47,016 bases of DNA from Lama guanicoe (lineage: Eukaryota), in contig MU054085.1 of NCBI GenBank assembly GCA_013239625.1, positions 62,001 to 109,016 of the forward strand, in the 5' to 3' direction. The notes beneath the pieces were generated by a model. It was not told the DNA's origin. It saw nothing but the letters and a program-made list of their open reading frames with translations, and ran no database searches. Positions 12,699-23,894 of this stretch are shown in pieces. Position numbers and translations under genes: made by a program. Positions within the stretch are counted from its first letter, which is position 1, and each line of letters begins with the position of its first letter.

Positions 12699-12895
12699 CT
12701 GTCATTGAGGCAGCAGTAGATGATGGGATTGTACATGGTAGAGCTCATGGCCAGCCACATGATGGCCAGGTAGACTTGCTGAATAAACTTCTCCAGGTAG
12801 AGATCAGGTTTGATGTAGGGCAGGAGGAAGAAGACGTGGAAGGGCAGCCAGCAGATGGCAAAAGTGCATACAACGACAATCATCATCTTAACCAC
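12699..12895 (-). CDS. TACR1: TACR1 coding exon 4 (197 bp; TM6, ECL3, TM7, residues 246-311)
   Basis: Translates [66 protein letters not shown], with the class A GPCR CWxP and NPxxY motifs. Acceptor ccag|GTGG and donor AG|gtaag. Confidence 0.98.
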
Positions 12896-13076
12896 CTGGC
12901 AAGAGAGTGAGACAGGTGAGACCACTAGCACACCCTCCTTTTCTCATGGTTATTTTCTCTCTTTCTCTGCCTCCTTACTGTGCACATGTCATATAGAGTG
13001 GAAACTATTTATAATAACATCTTTCAACATGGAGGAAGGGCCATTTATATGCCATACCAAAGGAATTCGGTTATGT

Positions 13077-13186
13077 CAGTGGTTCTCAAAGGGTGGCCCC
13101 AGGACCAGCAACATAACCATCACTTGAGAACTTGTCAGAAAGGCAAATTCTTGGACCCCATCCCAGACTTCATGTTTGAGAACCAC
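13077..13186. mobile_element. MER5A-like hAT element, internally deleted
   Basis: Inverted termini cagtggttctcaaa ... tttgagaaccac with MER5A-like internal sequence. Confidence 0.8.
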
Positions 13187-13504
13187 CATATTATATCATC
13201 CTTCTGGGCAATAACTGGAGAAGCCAAGGGAGACCAGACTGATGAATGAAGAGGAATGGGTGTTCAGGAGGAAGAGGCCCAGGAAGGGGGAGAACATAGC
13301 AGAAGGAAAGGAGCAATGAGCCAGAGCAGGCTGCTAAGCTTGAAGATTCAAGGGGAGGGAAGAGAAGGGATGGGATTTGGACAGCAGCAGCAAGGGGGGT
13401 CAAATGTTTGAAGGGAATAATCATTAAAGGTTTTTATGAGTAATAGGTGATGTAACCCATTCCTTTTTATCCCCAAGAAATCTTCAGAGAAAAACTGCCT
13501 AGAA

Positions 13505-16500
13505 GAGGTCTGGCCAAGATAGCGGAGTAGGAAGACTCTGAGCTCACCTCCTCCCGAGAGCACACCAAAATTACAACTATTCACAGAATGACTATCTATG
13601 AGAATGACCTAAAGATTAGCAGAAAGACTTTCCATAACTAAAGATATAAAGAAGGAACCATAATGAGATGGGTGGGAGGGGCAGAGATGCAGTAATATTG
13701 AAGACCCACAGCCCTGGAGAGGTGACCCACAAATGGAAGGATAATCACAATTACAGAGGTCCTTTCCAAGGAGCAAGAGGTCTGAGCCCCACATTGGGTT
13801 CCTCAGCTAGGAGGTCCTGCACTAGGAAGATAAAACTTAAGACTTTCTAGCTTTGAAGTCCAGCAGGGTTTGCATACTGGAAAGCCAGAGGGCTGTAGGA
13901 AACGGAGATTCTGCTCTTAAAAGAGTGCATAAAAAAGTATCACATGCTCTAAGTCCCAGCACAGAGGCAATGATTTAAAGAAGCCTGGATCAGACCCACT
14001 GCTGACCTTGAAGAACCTCCCAGAGAGGCAGGAGGGAACTGGGACCACCCCTGGGGACATAGACGCTGGTGGCAGCCATTTTGGGGGAGCTCATTCTACC
14101 ACGAGGACACTGGTTTTGGCAAATGCCAGTTTAGAGTCCTTCTTCTAGCCTATTAGCTCTGGGAGTTTACCCACCCAGCAGCTGGCTGGCACCAGCTTGA
14201 GACCCCCCCATGGACCCATAGTCAGCTGCCCCAGGACCTGGACCTGTGCATCAGTGGGTTGGCACCAGCCTCAGGGCCCTTGTACCTTGCAACTATATAG
14301 GCAGGGACTCAACTCCACCAATCAGTGGGCCAGCAGCCACCAAACAAGGCAGGGCTTGGGAGTGAACTGGGCTGGAGCTAACCTCATCTACCGCAGTAGT
14401 CAGCCCCACCACAACAGAAGGACCCACACAGCACACATAGGAGGCACCCCTCGAGTATATAGCTCTGCTGGTTAGAGGGGAATGTGCTACTGGGCCCTAT
14501 AGGGCAGCTCCAACATAGGCCACTTCTCCAAGATCAGCACATGTAAACAACTTACCTAATGCATATAAATAAGTAGAGAGAAATAAGCATACACAATGTG
14601 AGGAGACAGAGTAATGTGTTCTAAACAGGGAACAAGACAAAAACCTCAGAAAAAGAGCTAAATGAGGTGGAGGTAAACAGTCTACTCGAAAAAGAGTTCA
14701 AGAGCTTAAAGGTGGTCAATGAACTCAAGAGAAGAATGGATGAACATAATGAGAATTTAAACAAAGAGTTCGAAAATATAAAGAAGGACCAAACAGAGCT
14801 GAAGAATACAATAACTGAAATAAAAAATACACTAGAAGGAAACAACAATAGATTAGATGATACAGAGGAATGGATGAGCAAACTGGAAGACATCAAAGCT
14901 AAAGAAAAAAAATAAAAAATGAGGATAGCTTAAGAGACCTCTGGGACAACCAATCAAAAATGTATTAATATTTGCCTTATAGGAGTCCCAGAGAGAGAAG
15001 AGAGGGGAAAGGGCAAATAATTTATCTGCAGGGATGATAGAAATGTTCTCTAACCTGAGAAAGGAAAGAGACATCCAGATCCAAGAAGTACAAAGAGTCC
15101 CAATCAAGATGAACCCAATGTAGTTTATATCAAGACACATTATACTAAAATGGCATATATTAAAAATCAGAGAGAATATTAAGAGCAGCAGGAGAAAAGC
15201 AAATAGTTACATACACAGGAACTCCCATAAGACTGTCAGCTGACTTTTCAGCAGTAACTTTGCAGGCCAGAAAGGAGTGACACCGTATATTCAAAGTGAT
15301 GAAAGAATAAAACAGACAGCCAAGAATACTCTATTTGGTAAGGCTATCATTCGGATTTGAAGGTGAGATAAAAATTTTAAGACAAGCAACAGCTAAAAGA
15401 ATTCAACACCACTAAAATGGCCTAACAGAATGTTAAAGGAACTTCTCTAAGTGGAAAAGAAAAGACCACAACCAGAAATATGGAAAACATGAGAGAAAAA
15501 AATCTCATCGGTTAAGGCAAACATGCAATAAAAGTAGCAGGTCAACCACTTATAAAGCTAGTAGGGAGCTTAAAAGACAAAAATAGAAAAATCATCTATA
15601 TCCACAATAATAGTTAAGGGATATACAAAGTGAAAAGATATAAAATATGATGTCAAAAACATTAAAAATGAAGGGAGAATAAAAGTGAAGGACAGTTAGA
15701 ATACGTTCAGACTTAAATGGTCACCAACTTAAAATAATCACATATGTATGTATATATAGGTTGCTATATATAAGTCTCATGGTAACTATGAACCAAAAAT
15801 CTATAATCGATATACATGAAAAAAGAGAAAGGAATCCAAATATAACTTTAAAGGCAAACATTAACTCACAAGGGAAGAGAGCAAAAACAGAAGAAAGGAA
15901 CAACAACAACAAAACTATAAAAACAACTAGAAAACATTAAAAATGGCAATAAGTACATACCTATCAATAATAACTTTGAATTTTAATAGACTAAGTGCTT
16001 CAATAAATAGACATAGAATGGAAGAACGGATACAAAAGTAAGACCCATTTATATGGTGGCTACAAGAGACTTACTTCAGATTTAAAGATACACAGACTGA
16101 AAGCAAAGTAAAGGAAAAACTTATTCCATGCAAATGGAAATGAAGATAAAGCTGGGGTAGCAATACTTACACCAGACAAGATAGACTTTAAACAAGACTA
16201 TGACAAGAGACAAAGAAGGACATTACATAAAGATCAAGGACTCAATCAAAGAAGAAGTGATAACATTTGTAAATTTATAGGTACCCAATATAGGAGCACC
16301 TAAATATCTATAGCAAATATTAACAAACATAAAGGGAGAAATCGACAGTAACACAATAATAGGAAACTTAAACAACCTAAATTAAATCAATGGGAAAATC
16401 ATCCAGGCAGAAACTTAGTAAGTAAAATTGACCTTAAGTGACACATTAGACATATTTATAAATTGAGAGAGGGAGAGACAGAGAGAGAGAGAGAGAGGGA

Positions 16501-19500
16501 GAACATTCTATTTAAAAGAGGCAGAATACGCATTCTTTTCAAGTACACATGGAACACTCTCCAGGATAGATCACATGCTAGGCCACAAAACAAGCCTCAG
16601 TAAAGTTAAAAAGACTGAAATCATATTAAGCGTCTTTGCCAACCACTATGCTATGAGACTAGAAATCAATTACAAGGAGAAAAAAACTGCAAAAAACACA
16701 AACACATGAAGGTTAAACAATATGCTACTAAACAACGAATGGATCACTGAAGAAATTAAAGAGAAGATTTTAAAAAACCCTGGAAACAAATTAGAATAAA
16801 AACACAATGATCCAAAATTTATGGGATGCTGCAAAGGCAGTTCTAACAGGGATGTTTAGATTTATACAAACCTGCCTCAGGAAACTAGAAAAATCTCAAA
16901 CAACCTAACCTTATACCTGAAGGAACTAGAGAAAGAAGAACAAACAAAACTCAAAGTTAGTAGAAGGAAAGTAATCATAAAGATCAGGGCAGAAATAAAT
17001 GAAGTAGAGGCTAAAAAAATTTAAAAGATGAAAGAAATTAAGATCTGTTTTTTAAAAAAGATAACCAAAATTAATAAATCTCTAGCCAGACTCATTAAGA
17101 CAAAAAAAGAGCGAGCTCTAATAAGTAAAATCAGAAATGAAAGAAAATTTACATTCAACGTCAACAGAAATACAAAGGATCATAAGAGATTACTAAATAC
17201 AATTAAATGCCAAGAAAATGGACAACCTAGAAGAAATAGGTCAATACCTGGAAAAGTACAATCTCCCATGACTGAATTGTGAAGAAGTGCAAAATGCAAA
17301 CAGACTAATTATCAGTAATAAAATTGAGTCAGTTATAAAAACAAAACAAAACAAAACAAAAACTCCCAACAAACAAAAGTCCTGGACCAGACATCTTCAT
17401 AGGTAAATTCTACAAAACATTTAAAGAAGAGTAGTTAACACCTACCCTTCTCAAACTATTCCAAAAAATTCGAAGAGAAAGGAACACTTCTGAACTCATT
17501 CAATGAAGCCAGTATCACTCTGATACCCAAATTAAAGACACCGCAAAAAATAAAATTAGAGGCCAATATAACTGATGAACATAGATGCAAAAAATCCTCA
17601 ATGAAACATTAGCAAACCAAATTCAACAATATATTAAAAGGATCAGACACCATGTCTGAGTGGAATTTATGCCTGGGATGCAGGGGTGGCTCAATATCAG
17701 TAAATCAGTCAATATCATGTTAACAAATTGAAGAATAAAAAATCATATGATCAACTTCACAGATGCAGAAAAAAAAAACTTTTGACAAAATTCAATACCC
17801 ATTTTATGATAAGAATATTCACCAAAGTGGGTATAGAGGGAACATACTTCAACATATAAAGGCCATATATGACAAGCCCACAGCTAACATCATAACTCAA
17901 TGGTGAAAAGCTGAAAACATTTCTTCTAAGATCAGGAACAAGACAAGATTGCCATTCTCTCCCTTTTATTCAACATATTATTGGAAGGCCTAGCCAAAGC
18001 AATCAGACAAGAAAAAGGAATAAAAGGCATATGAATTAGAAAGGAAGAAGTAAAACTGTCCTGTTTGCAAATGACATGATACTATATATAGAATATCCTG
18101 AAGACACCACCAAAAAAATTAGAACCAATAAATGAGTTCAGTAAAGTGGCAAGATATAAAATTAATATACAGAAATCAGTTACATTTCTATGTACTAACA
18201 ATGAACTATCAGAAGGAGAAATTAAGAAAACAATCCCATTTACAGTTGGATCCAAAAGGATAAAATACCTAGAAATGAACCTAACCAAGAAGGTAAAAGA
18301 CTTGTAACTATAAGGGAAACTATAAGACATTGATAAAATAAATTGGAGAGGACACAAACACAAACAAGATACAGCAAGCTCATGGATTGGAAGTACTGAC
18401 ATTGTTAAAATGACTACACTGCCCAAGGCAATCTATAGATTCAACGCAGTCTATCAAAATACCAAAGGCAATTGCACAGAACTAGAAAAAATAATCCTAA
18501 AATTTGTATGGAAACACAAAAGACCATAAATAGCCATAACAACCTTGAGAAAGAAGAACAAAGCTGGAGGTATTAAGCTATCTGATTTCCTGATTTCAAA
18601 AACCATAGTAAAAACTATAGTAATCAAAACAGCATGGTACTGGCACAAAAGAGACATAGAGCTCAATAAAACAGAATAGAGATCCCACAAACAAATCCAC
18701 ACACATATGGACAATTAATCTTTCACAAAGGAATCAAGAATATACAACAGGGAAAAGACAGCCTCTTCAACAAATGATGTTGAGAAAAGTTGACTGATAC
18801 ATGCAAAACAATCTAACTGGATTACATTCTCACATCATATATAAAAATAAACTCAAACTGGATTAAAAACTTAAATGGGAGACCTGAAACCATAAAACTT
18901 CTAGAAGAAAACATAGGAAGCACTCTTTTTGACTTTGGTCTTAGTAATTTTTTTGGATATGTCTCTTCAGGCAAGGGAAACAAAAGTAGAAATAAACAAA
19001 TGGAACTATATCAAAGTGAAAAGCTTTTGCACAGTGGAGGAAACCATAAACAAAACAAAAAGACAGCCTACTAAATGGGAGAAGATATTTGCAAACAATA
19101 TATTTAATAGGGGATTAATATCCAAAATATACAAAGAATTCATAAAACTCAACATCAAAAAAAATGCATTAAAAAATGGACAGCCATCTGCATAGATGTT
19201 TTTCCAAAGAAGACATACAGATGGCCAAAAGGCACAGGTAAAGATGCTCAGCATCACTAACAAGGAACTACAAATCAAAACTAAAATAAGATATCACCTC
19301 ACACCTGTCAGAATGGCAATATCACCAAGACAACAAATAACAAGAGTTGGTGAGGATGTGGAAAAAGTGAACCCTTGTAAACTGTTGCTGGGAACGTAAA
19401 TTGGTGCAGTCACTCTGGAAAACAGTATGGAGATTCCTCAACAAATTGAAAATAGAGCTACCATATGATCCAGCAATTTCACTCCTCAGTATTTATCCAA

Positions 19501-20103
19501 AGAAAATGAAAACCTAATTTGAAAAGATACATGCACCCAATTGTTTATAGCAGCATTATTTACAATAGCCAAGATATGGACACAACCTAAGTGTCCACCG
19601 ATAGAGGAATGGATAAAGTAGATGTGTTATACATATAAAATGGAATATTATCCAGCCATAAAATATGATATCTTGTCATTTGGAACAACATGGATGTACC
19701 TGGAGGGTATTATCCTAAGAGAAAGTCAAATACCACATGATCTCACTTATATGTGGAATCTGAAAGGCGAAACAAACAAGGAAACAAACAAAGCACAAGC
19801 AGACTTAGGAATACAGAGAACAAAAGGGTGGTAGCCAGAAAGGAGGGGGATGGGTGAGTGAATGAAATAGGTGAAGGAGATTAAGAGGTACAAACTGCCA
19901 GTTATACAATAAATAAGTCATGGGGATGTATTAAGCAGTATAAGGAATATGGTCAGTAATACTTTGATCACTTTGTACGGGGATAGATGGCTACTAGACT
20001 TCTTATGGTGATCATTTCACAGTGTATGTAAATGTCAAATTATTATGTAATATACCTGAAACTAACATAATATTGTAAGTCAACTGTATTTCAATAAAAA
20101 ATG
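13505..20103 (+). mobile_element. Full-length (~6.6 kb) inactive LINE-1 in TACR1 intron 3, antisense to the gene
   Basis: 5'UTR (ggccaagatagcggagtaggaagac), ORF1 remnant ~14597-15450, spacer, ORF2 remnant 15943-19763 with many stops and frameshifts, 3'UTR and AATAAA-A tail. RT motif reads LFANDM at 18061-18078. Degenerate TSD aaaactgcctagaa (13491-13504) / aaaactatctagca (20104-20117). Confidence 0.96.
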
Positions 20104-20119
20104 AAAACTATCTAGCAAC

Positions 20120-20335
20120 TACACAATGAAATAGTATGCAAATAAATACCAAAAGAGAAAAAAAATGACAAAGCTCTTTCTATGTTGATTTTTGAAGAGG
20201 TTGTGATATTGTTAAATTTAAAAATGAGGGGAAGAACAGTGTGTATTTACTATTTGTGTAAAAAAGAAAAAAATCTATTTGGCTTATAAATTCATTACAT
20301 ATCTGGAAGGATGAATAACAAACAGTAATGGTTAC

Positions 20336-20388
<53 letters not shown>

Positions 20389-20940
20389 TGCATGCACATT
20401 TGGGAACTGGGTATTTGGAGGAACTAGAAAGGAGGGCAACTTTTCATGGAAAGATGGACTCAACATATTTTTTGACTTTAAATTTTCAAATAATTTAAGA
20501 CTCCCAAGAAGTTGCAAAAATAGTACAGGGAGTTCCCAGGACCCATCACACAGCTTCTCCCAATCGCAGCATCTTACAGAATGATGCCACGTGATCAAAA
20601 TCAGGAAACTGGTTATAGTCCGGTGTTATTAACTAAGCCGCAGACTATTTGGATTTTGCCAGTTTTTACATGCAACTTTTTGGTGAATAGTTCTATGAAA
20701 TTTTATCATATGCAGAGATAAGTGGGGGAGGGGGGAAGTACCACAATTAGGATACAGAACTGCTCCATCATCACAAAGAAACTCACTCATGCTATCCCTT
20801 TATAGGCAGGTTCTTCCCCCACAGTCCTAACTCTGGCGACTCCTGGTCTGTTCTCCATCTCCATAATTTGCTTTCCTTTAGTATTTTCTTATGTTTGAAC
20901 CAAGTGAATGTATTATTTTGTCAAACTGTAATAATAAAAG
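20120..20940. mobile_element. Old L1ME-like 3' fragment (+) containing an L1MC-like 3' fragment (-, ~20465-20870)
   Basis: atctggaaggatgaataacaaacagtaatggttacc (L1ME-like) and agaagttgcaaaaatagtacagggagttccc (L1MC-like). Confidence 0.6.
20338..20383. repeat. Perfect (GT)n microsatellite, ~23 units
   Basis: Direct observation. Confidence 0.98.
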
Positions 20941-21255
20941 AGAACTAAATAACTCTTCAATGCTTTTGTCATTAAATATGTGTCTGTTTTTACTACTTGA
21001 CAGTTTTCAATTAGACTTAAGGCGAGAGCGAGATGGCTCATGACTGTACAGGCAGGCTTAGGTTACAAAGACCCTCAAGAAAGAGCTGTTCCCTCCTATC
21101 CCCTCCCCCTGATCTCTCCTCCCTTCTCCTGTTCTGAGGATTCAGGGATGTTTTGTACCTGCTGCCTCTGGGCCTCTTGAGGCTCTGGGGCTCATATGCT
21201 CGCCCGCTTGTCACCTGTGCCAGAATGAGTCAAGTGCTGCCTGCCCTTTGCTCAC

Positions 21256-21406
21256 CTTGCGCTTGGCAGAGACTTGCTCCTGGTAACGGTCCGAGGAGTC
21301 CCCAGGGATCTCGCTGGCCCACAGCGTGATTCCCACTACGGTGTATGCATAACCTATCACCAGCAGGGGGAGGAAGTAGATCAGCACGGTCACACAGATG
21401 TGGTAC
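21256..21406 (-). CDS. TACR1: TACR1 coding exon 3 (151 bp; TM5 and ICL3, approx. residues 195-245)
   Basis: Translates [50 protein letters not shown], matching NK1R. Acceptor ttgcag|GTAC at 21407 and donor AAG|gtgag at 21255. Phase is compatible with exon 4. Confidence 0.98.
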
Positions 21407-21771
21407 CTGCAACAAGGTGGATGCGAGGGTTCAGTCCAAGAAATAACAGGGCTGGTCAAGCCTTGACATCTACCTTTCTCAGTATTTGCCTTTAAAAACT
21501 TGGATGATAAGGCTAGCCACCTGCATTGGATGGGTAGGCGATATATTGATGGATAAAGGAGAGAAAGGAAATCTCTTCAACTGATGTTCTTCTTGTGAAC
21601 TTTTTCCATAATGCAGATTCCTGTTCAGAACAAAAGGAGAATAAACATTGACAAGAAGGAACTGAATTCTTATATATCTATAGCAGTATTAGTTGATGTT
21701 GATTAGTTCAGTATTGCTTACCTTTCCCTCCAAAAAAAAAAAAACCACACACAAACAAAAAGAAAATAACC

Positions 21772-21922
21772 CTTAGGCTGCATTAATGGAAGTATACTAT
21801 CTAGAATAAAGGAGGTGACTGTACCACTCAATTCATACATGTCAGATTTACACTTAGGCTCAGTTTTGGTGCAGGGACATAAACCAACTAGGACATTCAG
21901 ATGAGAACCACCATGATGGCTG
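21772..21922 (+). mobile_element. L3/CR1 LINE relic
   Basis: cttaggctgcattaatggaagtatactatctagaataaaggaggtgactgtaccactc resembles the L3 RT C-terminal region (LGCINRS..SR..EVIVPL). Confidence 0.6.
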
Positions 21923-22089
21923 ATGAAATGTTATCCATTCTATATGACAAATGGAGTCACGGACATAAAGAATAATTAATTATCTTGGAAAGAGAGATAA
22001 GACTTATCCTAGAATTAGGATCAGTGGGTGAGGACCATGTTTAAGTTACTTCTAAACCTTGTCCTTTAATATATATCTCGAGATGAAAA

Positions 22090-22240
22090 CTGTCCGGGTC
22101 TCTGAGTTACCATTTGAAGGACAGATACCAAGTGATTTGAGTCTGACTGAAACATGAGCAAGAAATAAACCACTGCAGTGTCAAACCACTGAGATTTTGA
22201 GGTTTCTCACAACAGTGTAACTTATCCTATTCTGTCTAAG
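22090..22240 (+). mobile_element. MLT1-type MaLR LTR 3' fragment
   Basis: atgagcaagaaataaac...aaaccactgagattttgaggttt...acaacagtgtaacttatcctattctg. Confidence 0.55.
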
Positions 22241-22494
22241 TTGAGGCTCAGTGTAAGTTGGACATTCAAATAAGTTGTTTGAATTTTGAGAAAGAATATT
22301 TTTCTCAGGGGGTCCTTGGCATGTCTGGCTTTGCAATACAGCCCTTTTCCCCCGATGGGAGTTTAATGCAGAGGCTCAGCATCCCTAATAATAATGATGA
22401 TGAGAACAGGTAATATTTTGGGGGTTTACTCTAGGGCCCTGTGTTACTAATAACATTAATGACGTGTTAGTAGCAGAACTGGAAGTTGGATTTT

Positions 22495-22705
22495 ATTGAG
22501 CGAAGATCAAAATGCCAAGCACTTTACTGGCATCAACTTCTTTAATCCTGAAAACAAATGATTAGATAGATACTGTCATAATCCCATTTTGTAGATGAGA
22601 AAAGAGAAGTTTAGAATTTAATTAACTTTCCTAAATTCACAGCTGGTAGAATGAGGAGCTGAGATTACAATGCAGGACTATGGTCCCAGAGCCAGACTCT
22701 TGTCA
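22495..22705 (-). mobile_element. MIR relic
   Basis: tttaatcctgaaaacaa...tcccattttgtagatgagaaaagagaag...aaattcacagctggtagaatgaggagctgagatt. Confidence 0.75.
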
Positions 22706-23343
22706 CTGGAGAAAAGTCACCCAGTGGTGTTTTCTTCCACTGTTTATGCTTATTTTCTGCAATAAATTTTTCCCAAAAAGGAAAAAAAAAACACATATTC
22801 ACTTAACTTCTCCTAATATTGATAGTTTGTTTTCAATCACTGATTTGCAAAGCCCCACAGTTTTACCACTTATTCAGCCCCCTCTGAATATTAAAATTTG
22901 CAACTTGAAGAAACTTGGAGTTCCTAAGTGCTAGCCATGGGTTCAGCAAAGCCAGGTGCTGAGCGCATCTGTCCTGTGCAGACAGGCTACCAGGCTTCCA
23001 AGGAGCATCTGGATGCCGCATTCTCTGGGAGCCTCTGTGCTCCCCATCAGCACAGCAGTGACTGCGTGCTGGTTTCCTGCCTGAGCTCAGGCCGTCTTCT
23101 GACTGCTGTGCAGACACTGGTTGAAATCAAAGCATTTGGAGGCTGTGGTGGCAGGGGGTCCCTGGGAACCCCCAGGCCGCACCTACTTCTTCTGTCTGTA
23201 AGAACAGCAGACTAATACTTGGTGATAAAAACACATTAGCTGAACTTTGTGGGACCTTTGCTCAGAAGGCTGAGTGTCCGTGTTGGAGGCAGGGATGTGA
23301 TGGGAGGATACTGCACTCAAGTCACATATGATCCTCACCTTGG

Positions 23344-23692
23344 ACCAGTGGTTCTCAAGCTTAAACCAGCTGCAGAATCACCTGGAGGGCTTGTACAAAC
23401 ACAGGGCTGGGCCCAACCCAGTTTTAACTTAGCAGGTCTATGGTTAAGCCTGAAACTCTGCATTTATAACAAGTTCCCAAACGATGCTGCTGCCGGTCAT
23501 TCTGGTTCAGACTTTGAGAAACAGTCTTAGACCAGTGGTTCTCTTTGAATCACATGAGACTCATTGGGGAAGCTTCAAAAATGATCAGGGTCCAGAGATA
23601 CTCATGTAATTGGCCAAGAATATGAGAGCAGGAAACCACAGTTTAAAAAATTCCCCAAGTTACAGAATACAGCTAGCATGGAGAAAAACTGT
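23344..23692. mobile_element. Two adjacent MER5-type hAT elements
   Basis: cagtggttctcaa...agaatcacctggagggcttgt...tttgagaaacag, immediately followed by a second accagtggttctc unit. Confidence 0.75.
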
Positions 23693-23894
23693 TTCAGATC
23701 CAAGGCTCATAAACCTGTTGGAACTCCACTGTTGTTTGAGATTTAATGACTTGACTAAAGTGTGAATTAACCACGTTTTCCAGTTTCTGTAAATGATGCT
23801 TTGACATCTCAGGTCTTGTTGATAATCTAGGGGGGACTGCCCGCCCAGGGCTAGCTAAGACCAAGTGTGCCTTCGTTTGCAAACTAAGCAACCC

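Noticed and set aside
13505..20103. Active LINE-1
   Set aside because: Neither ORF is open for more than ~90 aa in the track, and the RT catalytic motif is mutated.
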